Assembly: GCA_028826165.1 (NCBI GenBank)
Contig: JAPDFW010000071.1
Location: 310,001-374,000 of the forward strand
DNA from: Anaeramoeba ignava BMAN
Lineage: Eukaryota > Protista > Anaeramoebae
Length of the DNA: 64,000 nt
Direction of reading: 5' to 3'
Position numbers and translations under genes: made by a program. Below the pieces are notes generated by a model that was given only the letters and a program-made list of their open reading frames with translations, did not search any database and was not told where the DNA came from. Positions 61,501 to 64,000 of this stretch are shown here, piece by piece. How positions within the stretch are numbered: position 1 is the stretch's first letter; each line of letters begins with the position of its first letter.

Positions 61501-63460
61501 TTTATAAATAAAATAATTTACATTCAAAAGATTTGGGTCTGCTCCACTTTTGAGAAAAAGTTGAACAGAAGCCAAATCAATTGGTTTTTCACAACATAAA
61601 TGCAAAGGTGTAGATCCCTTAATTAAAAAAGAAAAATCAACTTAAATCTAAAAAAAAAGAGGAAGAATAAGAAGAATTATAAAATACATACTAAATAAAA
61701 AAAAAGCATTAATTAAATAAAATATATTAATTAAATCCAAATAAAATTACTTTCTAAAAAATATATCAATTTTAATATTCATGTATAAATATTTATCTAA
61801 TAATAATTTACATTTTTAGCATTAGTATCAGCTCCAGCTTTAATAATATCTTGAAGAATTTCAATTGATGCTTTATCAATGCATGCTAAATGGAGTGGTG
61901 TGTTTAACTATTGAAGAAGAAAAAAAAGGTTATATATTTTCCTTTTGTTTTCAATTCTTTCTTTGAAATAATAAATGGAATAAAATACATCCTAAAAAGA
62001 ATCACAATTTTTTATGAATTTTTGATAATTGAATAAAAAAAACAGAAAAAACCAAAAATGATTTCAAACATTCTAAAAAAAAATTTTTGATGAATATAAA
62101 TGAATAAAAAAAAGGAGAATTTGAATTATTTTGTACATTTGCTAGATTAACATCAGCACCAGAATCAATTAATAATTGGATAATTTCTTCAGTTGGTAAT
62201 TGAAAAAGATTTAATTTTGCAGTTAATTTTTGAACCTGGAAAAATAAAAGCAAAATATATAAATAAATATATATATATTTTTTTGTGTTTTGAAATTTAA
62301 ATTTACATATTGTGTAAGTGCGGTTGTTGCACTTCTTCTAAATAACGGAAGAGTTGAGCAAGCAAAATGTAATGGAGTATTTCCCTAATTATTAGAATAA
62401 TTCCGAAAAAGATTTTTAATTCAATTTATATTCAATTTTTTTTTCTTTCTAAAATTTTAATATCTTTGGTTACATCCTTTTTAAAATATTTTTTTATTTG
62501 GAAGTTTGTAAAAAAATCTTTTCAATTCCATAAAATCAAAAAATTCTTACTTTCTAAATACAAAAGAAAAAATATTTTATCAGAAGAAAAATTGGGTTCA
62601 TTTGATTTATTGTTTACATCTTTGATTTTAGTATCAGCTCCATGTTGAATTAAAGATTTTATGATATCTTTAGATACTTTTGTATAGCAAGCTAAATGGA
62701 AAGGTGTTGTTCCCTTTTTATTTTGTTTATCAAATTAATTTTTTAAATTTTTTAAATTTTTTAAATTTAAATTTTACAGACTTTTTAAAGAAAAAAAAAG
62801 AATAAAAACAAAAGAAAGATTGGTTTTTTTTTTAAATATTCTAAAAAAGGGGAAAAAAATAAAATAATTACGTTCTAAATTTAAAAATTATTTTGAAATC
62901 AAAATAGAAACAAGAATGTAAAAGAAAATTAAAAAGAAAAAAGTTATTGTTTTTAACAAACATTTTGTGCATTTGGATTTGCTCCTGCTTCAATTAAAGA
63001 TTCTACAATTTCTTGGTTATAAAATTGTTGAAATGCATAATGAAGTGGTGTGTTGTTCTATTTTATTTAAAAAAAAAATTATTTATTAAAAATATCTTTA
63101 TTTATTTTTTAAAAAAAATTTTTACTTCCTAAAACATTAATAAATGAACAAAAAGCAATTTTAAACAATAAATATTTTTTTGAAACGTCATGTAAAAAAA
63201 ATTTATAAGAAAAAAAAAAGGAAAAAGAAAGTTGAATTATTTCTAATTTCATACAAGCTATTTTTTTTTAAAAACAAATTAAATTAAATTAAATTAAATT
63301 AAATTAAATGAAATTTCGAAAAATAATTTTAAAATAATTTCTTTTAAATTTATTTTACTCCAAGTTTATTAGCTGATCCTTTTTTACGTAAAAATCCTCC
63401 ACTCAAATATTTTTTTACTGATTTAGAATCTCCTTTTAAAATAGATTTGAAAATTGACAT
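58513..63460 (-). CDS. Ankyrin-repeat (10 repeats) + coiled-coil + TKL-type protein kinase, ~33 exons including twenty 3-nt micro-exons
   Basis: Exon 1 is 63460-63359. Core exons: 63057-62962, 62713-62618, 62384-62307, 62235-62137, 61907-61812, 61617-61522, 61372-61274, 61047-60952, 60728-60633, 60409-60314, 60055-59960. Last exon 59682-58513 has HRDLKSPN, DFG and GTVNWMAPE. Micro-exons are listed in the findings. Confidence 0.88.
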
Positions 63461-63569
63461 TCAAATTGAAATGAAAAAAACAAAAGAAATTGAAATAAAG
63501 GAAGAAAAAAATGAAAGATCAATTTTTAAAAAAAAAAAATAAATTCAAAAATAATAAATAAAATATTAA

Positions 63570-64000
63570 ATAAAATTATAAATAAAATTATAAATTAAAT
63601 AATAAATTAAATTATAAATAAAATGTGGAATAAAATGTGGAATAAAATGTGGAAAAATTATAAATAAAATTATAAATAAAATTATAAATAAAATGTGGAA
63701 TAAAATGTGGAATAAAATGTGGAATAAAATTATAAATTAAATTATAAATTAAATTATAAATAAAATTATAAATAAAATTATAAATAAAATTATAAATAAA
63801 ATGTGGAATAAAATAATAAATTAAAATTATAAATTAAATTATAAATTAAATTATAAATAAAATTATAAATAAAATTATAAATAAAATTATAAATAAAATG
63901 TGGAAACAAAAATATAAAAAATTATAAATAAAAATAAAAATTATAAATAAAATGTGGAATAAAATGTGGAATAAAATGTGGAATAAAAATATAAATTAAA
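63570..64000. repeat. 12-nt tandem repeat (AAAATTATAAAT / AAAATGTGGAAT)
   Basis: Directly visible and continues past the window end. Confidence 0.85.

Noticed and set aside
59683-63460. CRISPR-like or diversity-generating-retroelement interpretation of the periodic structure
   Set aside because: There are no identical direct repeats with spacers, no cas or reverse transcriptase gene and no template/variable repeat pair. The periodicity is explained by exons and introns.
63570-64000. Telomeric repeat
   Set aside because: Mixed degenerate 12-mers similar to other intergenic satellites, not a uniform short G-rich telomere unit.
1-64000. tRNA, rRNA or transposase/retroelement genes
   Set aside because: None recognisable by eye. 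A covariance-model and HMM search would be needed to exclude small ncRNAs.

Overview
Extremely AT-rich, intron-containing eukaryotic (protist) DNA using the standard genetic code. The QN/EN low-complexity tracts, expanded RCC1-BTB and ANK-BTB families and an intein in a housekeeping gene suggest an anaerobic metamonad amoeba such as Anaeramoeba (inference only). About 19 genes are visible: a TPR protein (partial), calcineurin B-like, cyclin, exportin-1/CRM1 carrying a 519-aa intein, ANK-BTB, PRP39, aladin, a coiled-coil protein, NCKAP1/Nap1, five tandem RCC1-BTB paralogues interrupted by a ~2000-aa Cys-rich multi-TM surface protein, RasGEF, an RA-RA-PH-CH-CH adaptor, an intronless ANK-BTB and an ANK-kinase. 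The main discovery is invisible in the ORF track. Two ankyrin-repeat genes with different C-terminal domains (12918-15114 + and 58513-63460 -) build each repeat from a 96-nt core exon plus two single-codon (3-nt) micro-exons, all in phase 0. There are 27 such micro-exons in total, and they encode exactly the two variable beta-hairpin-tip residues of the ankyrin binding surface. One micro-exon plus its flanking intron appears to have been copied between repeats, hinting at codon-level exon shuffling or splice-based diversification of recognition proteins. All exon models are read manually from GT-AG signals and protein motifs, without transcript evidence.
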